Assembly (NCBI RefSeq): GCF_963921235.1
Contig: NC_086097.1
Coordinates: forward strand, 113,958,001-114,022,000
Reading direction: 5' to 3'
From: Mobula hypostoma
Taxonomy: Eukaryota
Length of the DNA stretch: 64,000 bases
The notes under the pieces are model-generated. The model was not told the DNA's origin, did no database searches, and saw only the letters and a list, made by a program, of their open reading frames with translations. Numbering within the stretch: the first letter of the stretch is position 1; every line of letters begins with the position of its first letter. Position numbers and translations under genes: made by a program. Below are positions 14,000-26,639 of the stretch, one piece after another.

Positions 14000-14570
14000 A
14001 ATTGAGGGACCTCCGCTCCATCCACCACAACGGGGACTTCCCGGTGGCTAGGGATTTTAATTCCCATTCCGCCGTGTCAGCCCATGGTCTCCTCTTGTGC
14101 CTAGATGAGGCCACTCTCAGGGAGGAGCAACACCTTATATTCTGTCTGGGTAGCCTCAAACCAGGTGGCATGAAAATCAATTTCTCCTTCCAGTAAACAA
14201 ATTCAACTCCCCCTTCCTCTATTCCCTACTCTGACCTTTTACCTCTTTTCACCTGCCAATTACTTCTCCCAAGGTCACCTCCTCCTTTCCTCCTATGGTC
14301 CACTCTCCTTTCCTATCAGATTCCTTCTCGTCCTGCCCTTGATCTTTCCCACTCACCTGGCTACACCTTTCACCTTCCAGCTAGCCTCCTTTCCCTCCCC
14401 GCACCTTTTTATTCTGATATCTTCCCACTTCCTTCTCAGTCCTGAAGAAAGGCCTCGACCCGAAACATCAATTGTCTACTCTTTTCCATACTCTGCCTGA
14501 CCCATTGAGTTCCTCCAGCGTTTTGTTTGTGTTGCTTTGGATTTCTAGCATCTGCAGATTTACTCACATT
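14000..14570 (+). mobile_element. Penelope-like element 3' end (GIY-YIG C-terminus + pLTR) inside a Rex-type 3' UTR
   Basis: PVARDFNSHS...EEQHLIFCLGSLKPGGMKINF, pyrimidine-rich tract, then ctgaagaaaggcctcgacccgaaac; flanks 13880-13950 and 14580-14800 resemble the Rex tails elsewhere in the window. Confidence 0.85.
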
Positions 14571-15579
14571 TATGGATATATCTATTTATTTATTTACTTA
14601 TTCCTTTATTATTTGCAGTTTCTGTTCCTTTGCACATTGGTTTGTTTGCAAGTTGTTGTTTGCCAATCTTTGTGTGTGTGTAGTTTTTCATTGATTCTAT
14701 TTGTATTCCACTGTTGTGCTGTGAATGCCTGCAAGAAAATGAATCTCAAGGTAGTATATGATGATTATATGCTTACTTTGATAATAGATTTACTTTGTAT
14801 TTCAAACGTATTAATAAGAAGGTATAAGGATAAGTTTAAAGAACAGAAAAAAAGCTGAGGAAATATAGAGAAATATTTGAATATGAAATGTATTATAAAA
14901 AGCTACTGTGACAGTAGTGTAAAATAACATAAAAAGGACTTAAGCAATGAGCTATTAATGCAATGCCCCCCCCCACCGTTTCCTCTAATTTCAAGGATTC
15001 GTTAAAACAAAAAACCCACTAATGTCTACCTTTCTAGTGACTGCTTTACTAAGTGTCATGAGAAAGGATATGAATTCTTACTGAATAATGCTCCAGGATA
15101 GGAATTTAATTATTAATTTCAAACAAATATGCCTATATTTTCCAGAGCGGCTGAAATCACAGGACTGGTGCTTTGACTTAACATTTTCACCCTAAAAGCA
15201 GCTGTTTTTCACATGTGCTGATTACCCTTTTCACCTCCGGACCTGAGCAACATTTCTCTCCTGGAAAAAAACCTGAAGCCCTCTTTTCTTTTCCTAATTG
15301 TTCATTTCATATGGGAAAGCAGAAGATTATCGTTTTAACAAAGTAGATCAAATGCTCCTCTCACCTTAGAAAGAAAATCCCAAAGGTACTCCGGCAGGAT
15401 GGAAATGTTGGGTGAATAAATATTGAAGTAAAAATTTTTGACCAGCAGCATAAAACTGTAGCTTGAAAATCAAGTGTAAAACAGAAGGGAAATCGGAATG
15501 TTGGAAATTAAATTTTAACCAAGTAGATAAAAATCTGTGGCAGCAATATCATTAACTTCCAACAAATAGAACAAGAAGG

Positions 15580-15975
15580 TACATAAGCACAAGAGATTCT
15601 TGCAGGTGCTGGAAATCCAGAGTAACATACCCAAAATGCTGGAGGAACTCAGCAGGTCAGGCAGCATCCCTGGAAATGAAAAAAACAAGTGGGGTTTCCA
15701 GTCAAGACCCTTCTTCGGGGTTGGAAAGGAAGGAGAAAGAAGCTGGAGTAAGAGGGTGGGGGGAGGGGAAGGGAAGGAGTACAAGCTGGAAGGTGATGAG
15801 TGAAAGCAGGTAGGTCTGGGAAGGGGGATAGAGTGAAGCTGGGAGGTGATAGGTGGAAAATGTAAAGAGCTGAAAAAGAAGGAATCTGATAGGAGAGGAG
15901 AGTGGACCATGAGAGAAAGAGAAGGGGGAGGGACATCAGGCAGAATGATAGACAGGCAAGGAGAAGAAATGGTGC
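15580..15975 (-). mobile_element. Penelope-like pLTR fragment
   Basis: aaaatgctggaggaactcagcaggtcaggcagcat plus purine-rich tract, shared with the other PLE copies. Confidence 0.8.
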
Positions 15976-16744
15976 CAATAACCCAGATTTGCCTCTTTTC
16001 CTGTCAGTGGAAATGGTTCTGCCGGGCTTAGTTGCTAAACCACATGTAGCATAACAGGCAGTAAGTAAGAAAGATTGGGATTAGAGGAATGTTTTAGATA
16101 AATGGAGCACCATTACCTGGTTCTTAAAACATCTATTGTTAACCTACTCTTGTCTGATTCTGCTGAAAGGTGATTGATGTTAAACATTACTATCTGACCT
16201 GCTGAATACTTCCAGCATTTTCTCCATTTATTTCACATTTTCTGAGGAGATTGCTTTGTTCAATGTGAGCAAATCTGTAAGGATTTGGCATTTTTGTCTG
16301 ATCCTGCAACAAAGTGGAACTGGTGCAGTTTATCACAGCCTCCTAGATCTTTGGATTGCTTCCAAAATTCACTGCAACACAGTGCAGAAGTGGCTGGGTA
16401 GGTCTTTACAGAATATGATATCTAAAGAGGTGCCCTGAAAACATGGCTCTCTGTGAGAGGCCAATGAAACTTCCAGAGCAGAACACATGATCTAATTTCT
16501 GCTTCAAATGGTGCATATGAGTGTTGTATGACAGATGATGCAACTTGAAAATTGTCTCATGATTAGGCTTGGGGAATTGTTGGTCAGCACGGCTCAAAGG
16601 GCCAAAAGAGCCTATTCTGCTCTATGTCTCAATAATTAAAACTTTGCACGTGTTCTCTGTGCCATATACGTGGTATATGCTAGAGTGCATGCTTCGCAGG
16701 GATAGACGACCAAATTAGAAGTTCATTTTGTTCAATTTTTTAAA

Positions 16745-17027
16745 AATTTTATTCAGATACAGCACAGAGTCGGCCCTTCTGGCCCTTTGTGTCATGCCAC
16801 AAAGCAATCCTGACTTAACCCGAGCCTAACTACGGGACAATTTACAATGACCAATTAGCCTACCAACCAATGTGTCTTTGGACTGCGGGAAGAAAGCTGA
16901 GCACCCAGAGCAACCCTATGCGATCACAGGGAGAATGTACAACCTCCTTACAGGTAGTTCAATGTGAGCAAATTGAACCTGGGTCACCAGTACCATAAAG
17001 CATTGTGCTAACCACTACATCACCTTG
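16745..17027 (-). mobile_element. tRNA-derived SINE with CR1-like 3' tail
   Basis: Minus-strand head ggtgatgtagtggttagcac...caggttcaatt; tail gaagggccgactctgtgctgtat. Confidence 0.65.
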
Positions 17028-17211
17028 TCGCTTGATATTTCTTATCACATTTCTGAGATGTACATGTAAAAGCAACAAAAAAATAATCATTTCAATGGTT
17101 GAGGAACACAGCTCTGTAAAACATCTTCATGCCATACAGAGAAACCTGAGATTTTAGATATCCTGTCCGAAACTCCACATCACATTGACGTAATCCAGCC
17201 CTTGATTATTT

Positions 17212-18030
17212 AAGACCACAAGACAATAAGACAAAGGAGCAGAAGTCGGCCATTCGACCCATCGAGTCTGCTCCGCCATTTTATCATGAGCTGATCCATT
17301 CTCCCATTTAGTCTCACTCCCACACCTTCTCACCATAACCTTTAATGCCCTGGCTACTCAGATACCTATCAATCTCTGCCTTAAATACACCCAATGACTT
17401 GTCCTCCACTACTGCCCGTGGCAACAAATTCCATAGATTCACCACCCTCTGACTAAAAAAATTTCTTCGCATTTCTGTTCTGAATGGGTGCCCTTCAATC
17501 CTTAAGTCATGCCCTCTCATACTAGACTCCCACATCATGGGAAACAACTTTGCCACATCCACCCTGTCCATGCCTTTCAACATTCGAAATGTTTCTATGA
17601 GGTCTCCCCTCATTCTTCTAAACTCCAAGGAATACAGTCCAAGAACGGACAAACGTTCCTCATATGTTAACCCTCTCATTTCCAGAATCATTCTAGTGAA
17701 TCTTCTCTGTAGCCTCTCCAACGTCAACACATCCTTTCTTAAATAAGGAGACCAAAACTGCCCACAGTACTCCAAGTGAGGTCTCACCAGTGCCTTATAG
17801 AGCCTTAACATCACATCCCTGCTCCTATACTCTGTTCCTCTAGAAATGAATGCTAACATTGTATTCGCCTTCTTCACTACTGACTCAACCTGGAGGTTAA
17901 CTTTAAGGGTATCCTGAACGAGGACTCCCAAGTCCCGTTGCATCTCTGAACTTTGAATTCGTTCCCCATTTAAATAATAGTCTGTCCGTTTATTTTTTCT
18001 GCCAAAGTGCATAACCATACACTTTCCAAC
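17212..18030 (-). mobile_element. CR1 LINE 3' end (RT C-terminus, 239-codon open stretch)
   Basis: ORF 17314-18033 GKCMVMHFG...LVRPHLEYC...FFSQRVVNLWN; microsatellite-like tail. Confidence 0.95.
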
Positions 18031-19121
18031 CATTGTACTTTAAGACTCTGTATCAATGTTCCTGAGATTATTCTATTCCACCAATTTAACTTTGCCTGAT
18101 GTTTAGCAAAGCTTTTATTGAACTCAAAAATAAATGTTATCCTTAAAGGGCTGCTACAGCTCTTCAAGTATAGTTCTAGTGTTTGAGTTCTCTTTGTTCC
18201 TGTCAACCTGTCACCACAAGGAAAAGATAATGAGACCCAAATATATATTTGAATTAGGATCTGTCATGTTGATCAAAGGATGTGGTACCTTATATAAAGG
18301 GAAATATCATTTATGAACTAAAATTCTGGTTTGATAATTTCTGACATAATTTCCTTAATCAGACATTCAATGCACTGTATTTAATTAATGATGTTATCCT
18401 AATTGGTTTTTGGTTGTGAAACCCATTATTTTCCTCTGATCCCCTTCTATGTGGAGATCTGCGAAATTGTTGAAGACCTTTGCTCTTTTAATCCCTCAGG
18501 GGTAAAAGTAATTTGAAGCTTTGTTGGATCGAAAGACGGGTAGTTAGGATGAATTGCATATGAGAATTTTGTCCTGAGGTGAATTAGTTCTTTTGTGAAG
18601 TAACTTACACTCAAACTGAATCACCAATCAACTGTGTCAATTGCCATTCCATGGCCACATGCAGTGGTTGGCTTAACAAGCATTTTCATGTGTCTGAACT
18701 GTGAAAATGAACAGAAATTAGAGGTTCATTTTTCTCTAATTAACACTTAAGAACAACAACTTTTTGTGAAAGCTTTTTTTTTAATGTGTATGGTGGAGGT
18801 AAGAAGCATGAACTCCTGCCAAAATGTTGAAAAAAATTCCAGAGTTCTGCAAAATATTTGGACAATGAATGGTTCCTGATAGGACACTTGATAAGTTAGT
18901 CAACAAATTATCAACTGTTTATTAATCGAATATCCCAGACTCTTTCACTTATGAGTAAAGTTACTTGTAAGGTAACATATATAACATTACATTGTGCAAA
19001 TGCCAAACTCATGTTATGTTGCCAGATGTACAATACGTTGCACTGTGTTTTGAAACAATAGAGCAGTGTGCACATACTTACCAGCCTGTTAAACTTCACT
19101 ATGAAGGCAGCATGGTGTTGA

Positions 19122-19297
19122 TCAAAAATTCTTAACCATTTTTAAGCCATGGACTGGTGAACCCGATTGATGCCTTCTCAGAATAATGTATTTAAATATA
19201 TAAAATAAAATACATAGGATTAGAAAAGAAACCAACTATATTGAAATAGTTAGCAAAATATTTTTTAACAATTTGTTATATAGTAATATACGTGCTT
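19122..19297 (+). mobile_element. Non-autonomous hAT/Charlie-like DNA transposon fragment
   Basis: ttcttaacc.ttttt..gccatggac...ttctcagaataatg...taaaataaaatacataggatta resembles hAT-Charlie termini (from memory, unverified). Confidence 0.5.
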
Positions 19298-19781
19298 CTA
19301 GCAACACACACAAAATGATGGAGAAGCTCAGCAGACTAGGCAGTATCTATGGAAAAGAATAAACAATCAACGTTTGGGACCAAGACCCTTCATCAGGACT
19401 GGAGAAAAATGATGGGAAGTCAGAGTAAGAAGGTGGGGGAAGAGGAGGAAGTACAAGGTAGTAGATGATAGGTGAAGCCAGGAAAGGGGGAGGGGTGAAG
19501 TAAAGAGCTTGGAAGTCAATTGATGAAAGAGATAAAGGGCTGTAGAAGGGGGAATCTGGATGGAGAGGGTAGATGACCATGAAAGAAAGGGAAGGAGGTG
19601 ATGGGCAGGTAAGGAGATAAGGTGAGAGAGGGAAATAGGAATGGAGAATGCTGAAGGGGGGTGGTGGGTGTTATTACCAGAAGCTTGGGAAATCAATGTT
19701 CATGCTATCAGGTTGGAGGCTACCTAGACAGAATATAAGGTGTTGCTCCTCCAACCTGAGTCTGGCTTCATCGTGGCAGTA
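19298..19781 (-). mobile_element. Penelope-like element 3' end (GIY-YIG C-terminus + pLTR)
   Basis: Minus strand CHDEARLRLEEQHLIFCLGSLQPDSMNIDF, then pLTR with cctgatgaagggtcttggtcccaaacg. Confidence 0.9.
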
Positions 19782-19784
19782 AAT

Positions 19785-20005
19785 CTTGCAGCTTTCCTGA
19801 ATCTCGTTGAATTCTCTTCCAGCTAAATACCAAATCACTTTTCACAAGTAACTGCCTGATTAAGAGATCAGAAGCTTTCTCAGGTATGTTGCCTACAAAA
19901 ACTGTTGTAGTCAGACCCCTGCTTTCACCACTTTCATACTTCCTCTGAGCCACATGATCCTTTCTTGGTCCAAGATACTTTCCAACCAGAGGCACAGAGG
20001 TTGGG
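19785..20005 (-). pseudogene. RBM25: RBM25 retro-fragment (N-terminal part of the RRM)
   Basis: PTSVPLVGKYLGPRKDH...TTTVFVGNIPEKASDLLIRQLLVKSDLVFSWKRIQRDSGKLQ matches vertebrate RBM25 as I recall it (VGKHLGARKDH...TTTVFVGNISEKASDMLIRQLLAKCGLVLSWKRVQGASGKLQ); no splice signals at its ends; embedded between TE sequences. Confidence 0.88.
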
Positions 20006-20034
20006 CAATAGTTCATGGTGCCCAGCATGGAGAC

Positions 20035-20636
20035 AATCATGGCATCCTTCAGTGCCTTTCTTAATTTGCTTTCAGTTGGTTTCATTGCAGGAGGTGTAGC
20101 ATTCTAATTGTGGATGGACCTCCAATCAAATTGTAGTTATCGCAGCCAATCATGTCCTCACAATGCTGGTCCTTCTATTTTTGCTACATACAGGCTCAGT
20201 GTAGCTTGTTAGTTGTATTTCCCAGCTATGGATGTCATTCCCACAAGAGTTTCCTTTTCTCCAGTATAAGTTCTGAGTTGGATATCTGCAGGCTTCAGTT
20301 CAGCATCTTTGAAATGCCAAACTCATTTTGTGGAACGACTGAAACAGCTGAACCACTTTCTAATCCCATCCTCGTTGCCATTGTTATATTTTTTAACTTC
20401 AAAACATTAAATTAATGCAAAGAAGACATGGTAGTCTGAAATGCAGGTGTAACTTTACCTTTACTTAAAGCAAGGCGCGGACGTATCACTTGGTAGTGTG
20501 ATGGTATATGCAAATAACATATTTATACAGGTAGCCCAAAATTAATTATTTAAATAAACAAGAATGCTTAATTAAATATTATTTTTATATACACACACAA
20601 GATCACTCATATTATTTTAATATTAAATGCACAGCA
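20035..20636 (-). mobile_element. Gypsy remnant: LTR (~20382-20636), PBS, gag deleted, protease fragment
   Basis: LTR end ...ataaca followed by PBS-like tggcaacgaggat (20368-20380); then LESGSAVSVVPQNE..LKPADIQLRTYTGEK...GPAL*GHDWLR*LQFDWRSIH. Confidence 0.75.
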
Positions 20637-21627
20637 CCTTTGTCATACTCTCTCAACATTATATATAATGTGAACAAAATTATTCTAGTAGATGATGACG
20701 TGCAGAATGTAAGCTCTGGTGTTGTCAGAACTTACATTTATGCAAAAAGGTAGATTAAATAAAGAGTTGTGGAAAGAACTTATGGATTTATTATCTACAG
20801 GCAGTGTCAATCTGAATTTTCCTACTCTAAAGTAGAAGTATGTATCTTGAGCTCGGGTTTTTTCTCCCCCAAGACCAAACTGTAAACTAGTCAACTCAAA
20901 ATTAAGTCTAAAGTGAGAATGAATAAGGGCAGAAATGACAGAGAAACTAAGTTTTGCCTGAACTTTGACTGAAAGCATGTAGAGAGCCGCCAGTCATGGA
21001 CACATTGTTGTAAAGAAAGCAAACGCAGAAGCCTTGAGGTATACGGGTGCTTTCATATAGTGGAACTGATTAGTCGAACGTGATAAAAAGTGTGCCTGAG
21101 GAGATTTAGATTCATTGGGAATATTGGTATATCACCAAGTCTGGGACGAATTCCAAGTCAGTCAATTATCTGCAACAAGATACATTTGGTCTTGAAGATT
21201 AGCAGCAAGTTTAATACCAATGGAAACATCCCGAGGAAGGACTCTTGATTAATTACTTTACGCTGTCCTACTCCATTAAACAAGCATTTGTTTCCTTGTA
21301 TTTCACACAGCTTGTTGAAGTATGCACAACCCAGCCGGAACCAGTAGTGGACCTGAAACATCAGCAAAGAAAGCAGACCCACGGTGATATCATTACTGAG
21401 ATCTGCAAGTGTTACTGGTTTGTTCATGAATTATTTGTTCATGTGGAATTTGGGTAAAGAACACACTTTTTTTGTTAGAGCCCTCCTTCCAAATCATCTC
21501 CACCTCCTGCTCCCACCCCACCCCCCAACATCACACTCCACATCCTTTGCTATCCTTACTTTCCTTCTTCCGCTCAGCGTCCTGCTTCACAAATGTCAGC
21601 AATAGACCATACTAGTCGGGATGTGCA

Positions 21628-22270
21628 GCAAAGTTCAAGTACATTAATTATCAAAATATGTATGTACTATATAACCTTTGAAATTCGTCTCCTTACAGGC
21701 AGCACAAAACAAAGGAATCCCAAAAGGACCCATTAAAACAAAGACCGCCACCATCCAGTGCGCAGAGAGAAAAGCATTGTGTAAACAATAAAAGTAAGCA
21801 AATAGCACTCAGAACGGAAGTTTCACAGAAGACACAAAACCAGCCGTTACTGCAGACAGAGCAGACCACAGCATCAGTTCAGCACAGAGCTGAGTAAACA
21901 TCATGGAGCAGCGAGCAGAACCAGGCAGAAACAGCCCGTCCTTCACCTCTGGTACCGACACCCTGACTTTTTCGGTCTGGCTCGGTGCTCAAGTCAACCA
22001 AACATCAGATCGTTCCTTGCTTTCGGTCCACAGTGGTCCTGGACCTTTCTGCCATGATTCAGCCTGTACCTGACCTTTGCAATGCGGCCTGGCCTTAAAT
22101 CGATCAGACATCGGGACTTTCCTCACTCTCGCCTCTGCTTGCCTCCGCCTCCTCTCACCTCGCCTCTCCATTGTTAGTGGTGATGGTTATTAACGAAGTG
22201 TTATTCATAAGGTATTTAGTAGTTTTCTTTGTTTTGTAATTCTTTCGCTCTAGCGCCATCGTAAACCGGT
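21628..22270 (-). mobile_element. Non-autonomous retroposon with Rex-like 3' tail
   Basis: Tail (aaagttcaag...ttatcaaa...ttacaggcag on +) resembles Rex tails at 25810 and 63865; GC-rich head gatggcgc on minus; no ORF. Confidence 0.5.
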
Positions 22271-22374
22271 AATGTCATGCATAATGAATAATCTGCAGAC
22301 CTGCTAAGGTAGCACAACACCAATAGAGTTATAAAGTCTCACATTGAAAACTTTGGCCCAGCTCTTCCAGAGAG

Positions 22375-22660
22375 TTAGTCTCATCCACCTGTATAGCCCT
22401 TGAAACCGCTGCTATTCATGTACTTACTGAGATAGCTTTTAAACACTGCTAATGTGCCTGCCTCAACCACTATTTCTGGCAGCTCATTCCAAATACTCAC
22501 CAGCTTTTGAGTGGAGAAGCTGCTCCTGATGCATCCTTTCAACCTCTCATCCCGGATCTTCAATTTATGCCCTCTTGTTTTCAAAACTTGGGGGAAAGAT
22601 TACATGCTTTTGCCTTGTCTCCGCTCCTTATGATCTTATATACATCTATCAGGATTACAC
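22375..22660 (-). mobile_element. CR1 3' fragment
   Basis: KTRGHKLKI...FSTQKLVSIWNELP. Confidence 0.8.
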
Positions 22661-22904
22661 CACAAGTGATCCAGGTAGCAGAATTTGCATTTGCATTGGG
22701 GACGCTCTCTCATTCTCGTGTCAACAAAACTCTGGCTATTGTACGTATATGCATGGATCCTGGATAAACATTATCACTCAGTATTCCCCCTGGAAACCCA
22801 CCTCCATCCTTTTGTTTTAAAGATTTAAAGCTTTAACTTTATTTGTCACATGTACATTAAAACTTACAGTGGAATGTGTCAATTGAGTCAACGACCAACA
22901 CAAT

Positions 22905-23188
22905 CCAAAATCATGGGTTAAGGATGAAAGGTGAGAAGTTTAAGGGGAACATGTGGAGAAACTGGTTCACTCAGAGGGTCATGAGGGTGTGGAATGAGCT
23001 GCCGGCGCAAGTGGTGTATGCAGGCTCAATTTTAATGTTTCAGCGAAGTTTGGATATATACATGGATAGTAAGGGTATGCAAGGCTATGCTTGTGGTGCA
23101 GGTCGATGGGAGTAGGCAGATCAAAAAGTTTCAGCATGGACTAGATGGGCTGAAGGACCATTTTCTGTGCTGTACTTTTCTATGACTC
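22905..23188 (+). mobile_element. CR1 3' fragment inserted in another retroposon tail
   Basis: HGLRMKGEKFKGNM..WFTQRVMRVWNELP; CR1 tail. Confidence 0.8.
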
Positions 23189-24277
23189 CGTGTGCTGGGG
23201 GCAGTCCACAAATGTCACCATGCTTCCCCTGCCAATGTTGCAATTTACTAATTCTTACCCTTTAATATGTCCTTGGAACATGGGAGGAAATCAGAGTGTC
23301 TGGAGGGAACCCACAACATCACGTACGAACTCCTTACAGTCGGCGGCAGAATTGAACCCGAGTCACTGTGTGTCATTTTTGTGTGTTGGAGTTTGATGTT
23401 TTCCTTTGAACAGGTTCCATGGTTTCCTTTGTTTTGTGTCTCAATGTGGGAAGACAAATCTCAGGGCAGTTTACTGCATACGTATTTTAAATCTTTAAAA
23501 GCTGATAATATGAGCAGCTTTTTGTGAAATACGTAACATTGACAAAACCCTTAACTGAGCCACAGAGCTAGGCCAATATTGAACTGTGCCACTGAGTGAT
23601 TTGGTTGTGGGTAGGTCCTTATGTAGTTTACATAATTAGTTTTGTCTCGTACATCAAAACATAGTAAAATGCATTATTTGCATCAAATCAAGATGGTGCT
23701 GGTGAGATGTGACGACACTTTGTAGGCAGCTTCATTCAACACAACAATGAGCTGATCACTGAACACAACCAATGGTCTCACTTTCAACTTGTTCACAGTA
23801 CTATTTATTAATTTCTTATTTTTTTTGAATTTTCACAGTTTGGCTTTCGCATGTTGATTGACAGTGTGTGTAGATTTTTTCGTCGATTTTATTGTATTTC
23901 TTTGTTCTACTATGAATGCCCGCAAGAAAATGAATGTCAGGGCAGTATTTAGTGGCATACAAGCACTTTGATAATAAATTTACTTTGAACTTTCAAATCA
24001 AATCAGCGAGGTTTGTGTTGGGCAGCCCACTACCTATGCTGTGCTTCTTCAGTCGGCATAACATGCCCACAATGTAATAACTGCATAGCTCTACTCAGGT
24101 TAGAGTTATACCTTCTTTGGAATATGGGAGGAAACCAGAACAGCTGGAGAAAACCCACGCAGTTATGGGGAAATTGTACAAACTCCTTACAACAGGGATC
24201 AAACCCCAAACCACTACACTACCTTGCTTTAAATTTCAGTAGTACTCAATACTGTATGTACTGCTGAATACTTAACA

Positions 24278-24678
24278 ATGTAAGGATGTAATGTTGAGTC
24301 TTTATAAGGTACTGGTGAGGCCTTGGAGTACTGAGCAGTTTTGGGCACCTTATCTAAGAAAGGATGTGCTTATATTGTAGAGGGTTCAGAGGAGGTTCAT
24401 GAAAATGATTCTGGGATTGAAAAGATTGTCAGTGAGGATTGTTTGATGGTTCTGGGCTTCGACTCACAGGAGTTCAGAAGAATGAGGGGTGACCTTATTG
24501 AAAACTATCGAATGTTGAAAGGCCTTGACAGAGTGGATACGGAAAGGGTATTTCCTATGGTGTGGGAGTCTAAGACCAGAGGACACTGCCTCAGAATAGA
24601 GGAGTGTCTGTTTAGAACAGAGAGGAGGAGGAATTTCTTTAGTCAGAGAGTGGTGAATCTGTGCAATTCATTTCCCAC
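24278..24678 (+). mobile_element. CR1 RT C-terminal fragment
   Basis: EFRRMRGDLIE.YRMLKGLDRVD...FFSQRVVNL. Confidence 0.85.
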
Positions 24679-24990
24679 AGAAGTGCCACTCAATGGATGC
24701 TGTTTGTTTTTCACACCATTTTCTGTAAACTTTTGTGCATGAAAATCCCAGGAGATCAGCAGCTTCTGAGATACTCAAACCATCCCGTCTGGCACCAACA
24801 ATCATTCCACAGTCAAAGTCACTTAGATCCCATTTTTCCCCCATTCTGATGTTTAGTCTGAACAATAACTGAATCTCTTGACCATCTCTGCATGCTTTTA
24901 TGCATTGAGTTGCTGTCATATGATTGGCTGGTTATATATTTGCATTAAAGAGCAGGTATTGGGTGTACCTAATAAAGTGGTCACTGAGTG
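24679..24990 (-). mobile_element. Tc1-family transposon, partial (one TIR + transposase HTH N-terminus)
   Basis: TIR cactcagtgaccactttattaggtacacc on minus; MGEKWDLSDFDCGMIVGARRDGLSISEAADLLGFS. Confidence 0.85.
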
Positions 24991-25809
24991 CACATGGAAC
25001 ACATTGTTAAATGTACTCACACAAATCTATTCACAGATAGACAAAAAAGTGTGTGAGCTGTAAACAATGAGGCAAATGCCTAAGAATGCATATATAAACT
25101 GTAAAGTGACATTGTCTAGAAAGCAGATGATGAATCATTCTCAAGAAGTATATTTTATTTGAATATATGTATATTATATAATTATCAAGTGCAATTTTGA
25201 CAGTAAGGAGTTAACTTCCTACCAGCATGTAGGATGTTCCTCAGAAAATCCTTCGCCTTAGATTGATTGCGAGAGGCTGCAATGGAAGGAAATCTTAGCA
25301 GAAAGCACACTGGGACAATCAGGTGTTAATTACTTCTGTGGCTGGAGCTCCCAGCTTCAATCAGTACAATGAAATATTGCTCTGTCCATACATCAGTGAA
25401 CAGTCATCATGATTTAATGTAATGCTGAATGAAATGGTCATTTGTTTCTGTACATGACTTCAAAGTGTTTTAGATCGTATTTCAATGGGCAAGTTCGCCT
25501 GAGGAAGGAGTCAAGCATCAGTTATGTGTTAGACAACCAACAGGCAGAACCAATTGGAGAGCAGGATTAGAAATAATCCTGTAGCACAAACCATGAACTT
25601 TTAAAAAAAAGAATGTGATATGCATAATTCAAAGTTTATTGCCCTTTCAATTGTTTTAGGCAAAATTAAACAGGTTAGTTTGAATCCTTCTTTTGACATT
25701 GTTCTGATTCCAGGGTATTCAATTTTGTATTGTGGTAGTAGCTGAGGCTGCTGAACATAAACATGCTTCCAGCGTAATAATCTAACCCACCTGCAGCACC
25801 TTTATAGAA

Positions 25810-26290
25810 TAAAGTTCAAAGATCAAAGTAAACTTATTATCAAAGTACGTATATGTCACCATATACTACCCCGAGATTGATTTTCTTGCAGATGCTCAGA
25901 GCAAAACAAAGAAATACAATATCATCAATGAAAAACTACAAAGACTGACAAACAGAAGACAACTGTGTAAGTGTAATAAATAAAAAAAATGAAAACAGTT
26001 GATGTAGAGTCCTTGAAAGTGAGTCCATAGGTTGTGAAATCAGTTCAGAGTTGAGGTGAGTGAAGTTATCCACTCTGGTTCAGGAGCCTGATAACCGAAG
26101 GGTGTTAACTATTCTTTAACCTGATGGCGTGTGACCCAAGGCTCCTGTACTTCCCTCACAGTGGCAGCAACGATAAGAGAGCATGGCCTGGATGGTGGGG
26201 GTCTTTGATGATGGATGCTGTTTTCTTGTAGGTGTGCTCAAAGCCTGTGATGGACTGGGCTGTATCCACTACTTTTTGTAGGTTTTTCCC
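25810..26290 (-). mobile_element. Rex-type LINE 3' end
   Basis: Minus strand ASIIKDPHHPGHAL; same 3' UTR as other Rex copies in the window. Confidence 0.75.
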
Positions 26291-26639
26291 AGAAAGAATC
26301 CAGTTTGACCATTTAGTTGCATCAAGGGTTTTGAAATCAAATTGGCTACAAAGGGAACTATAAAAAGAGTTTTAAAAAAACCTATAACTCAGACTTTGAC
26401 ACAATACACCATTAAGTTTCTTGAAGAATATATTAAGAAACAAAGTAACATTAGAAATCCAGAGGCTAAAATTAAAACTGATATTCTAAAGCTTAAGTAA
26501 GTAAAAGCTGCTGTGACTGGAGCAGACAGTTTAAATCACTTCCTCGGGCAGTATTGCTGTACATACAACTCTCAGTAACTCAGTTTTTTTTCCCAGTTTC
26601 ATCATTCACCTGGAATAGATTAAAACTACAGATGAAATT

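Noticed and set aside
15515..15978. Pro/Ser/Leu-rich or Gly/Glu/Arg-rich ORFs over purine/pyrimidine tracts (also 19347-19696, 49097-49643, 56318-56634, 57669-57972)
   Set aside because: Low-complexity Penelope pLTR sequence lacking stop codons; not coding.
16008..16060. Exon-like segment with good acceptor and gtaagt donor
   Set aside because: Stops in all three frames; no support for a non-coding exon from sequence alone.
19768..20085. Functional RBM25 exon or gene
   Set aside because: Substitutions at conserved residues, truncated RRM, no splice sites, TE sequence on both sides, and no other RBM25 exons in the window.
21245..21457. Open frame after an acceptor-like tttcacacag
   Set aside because: Translation resembles no protein I recognise and has no partner exons.
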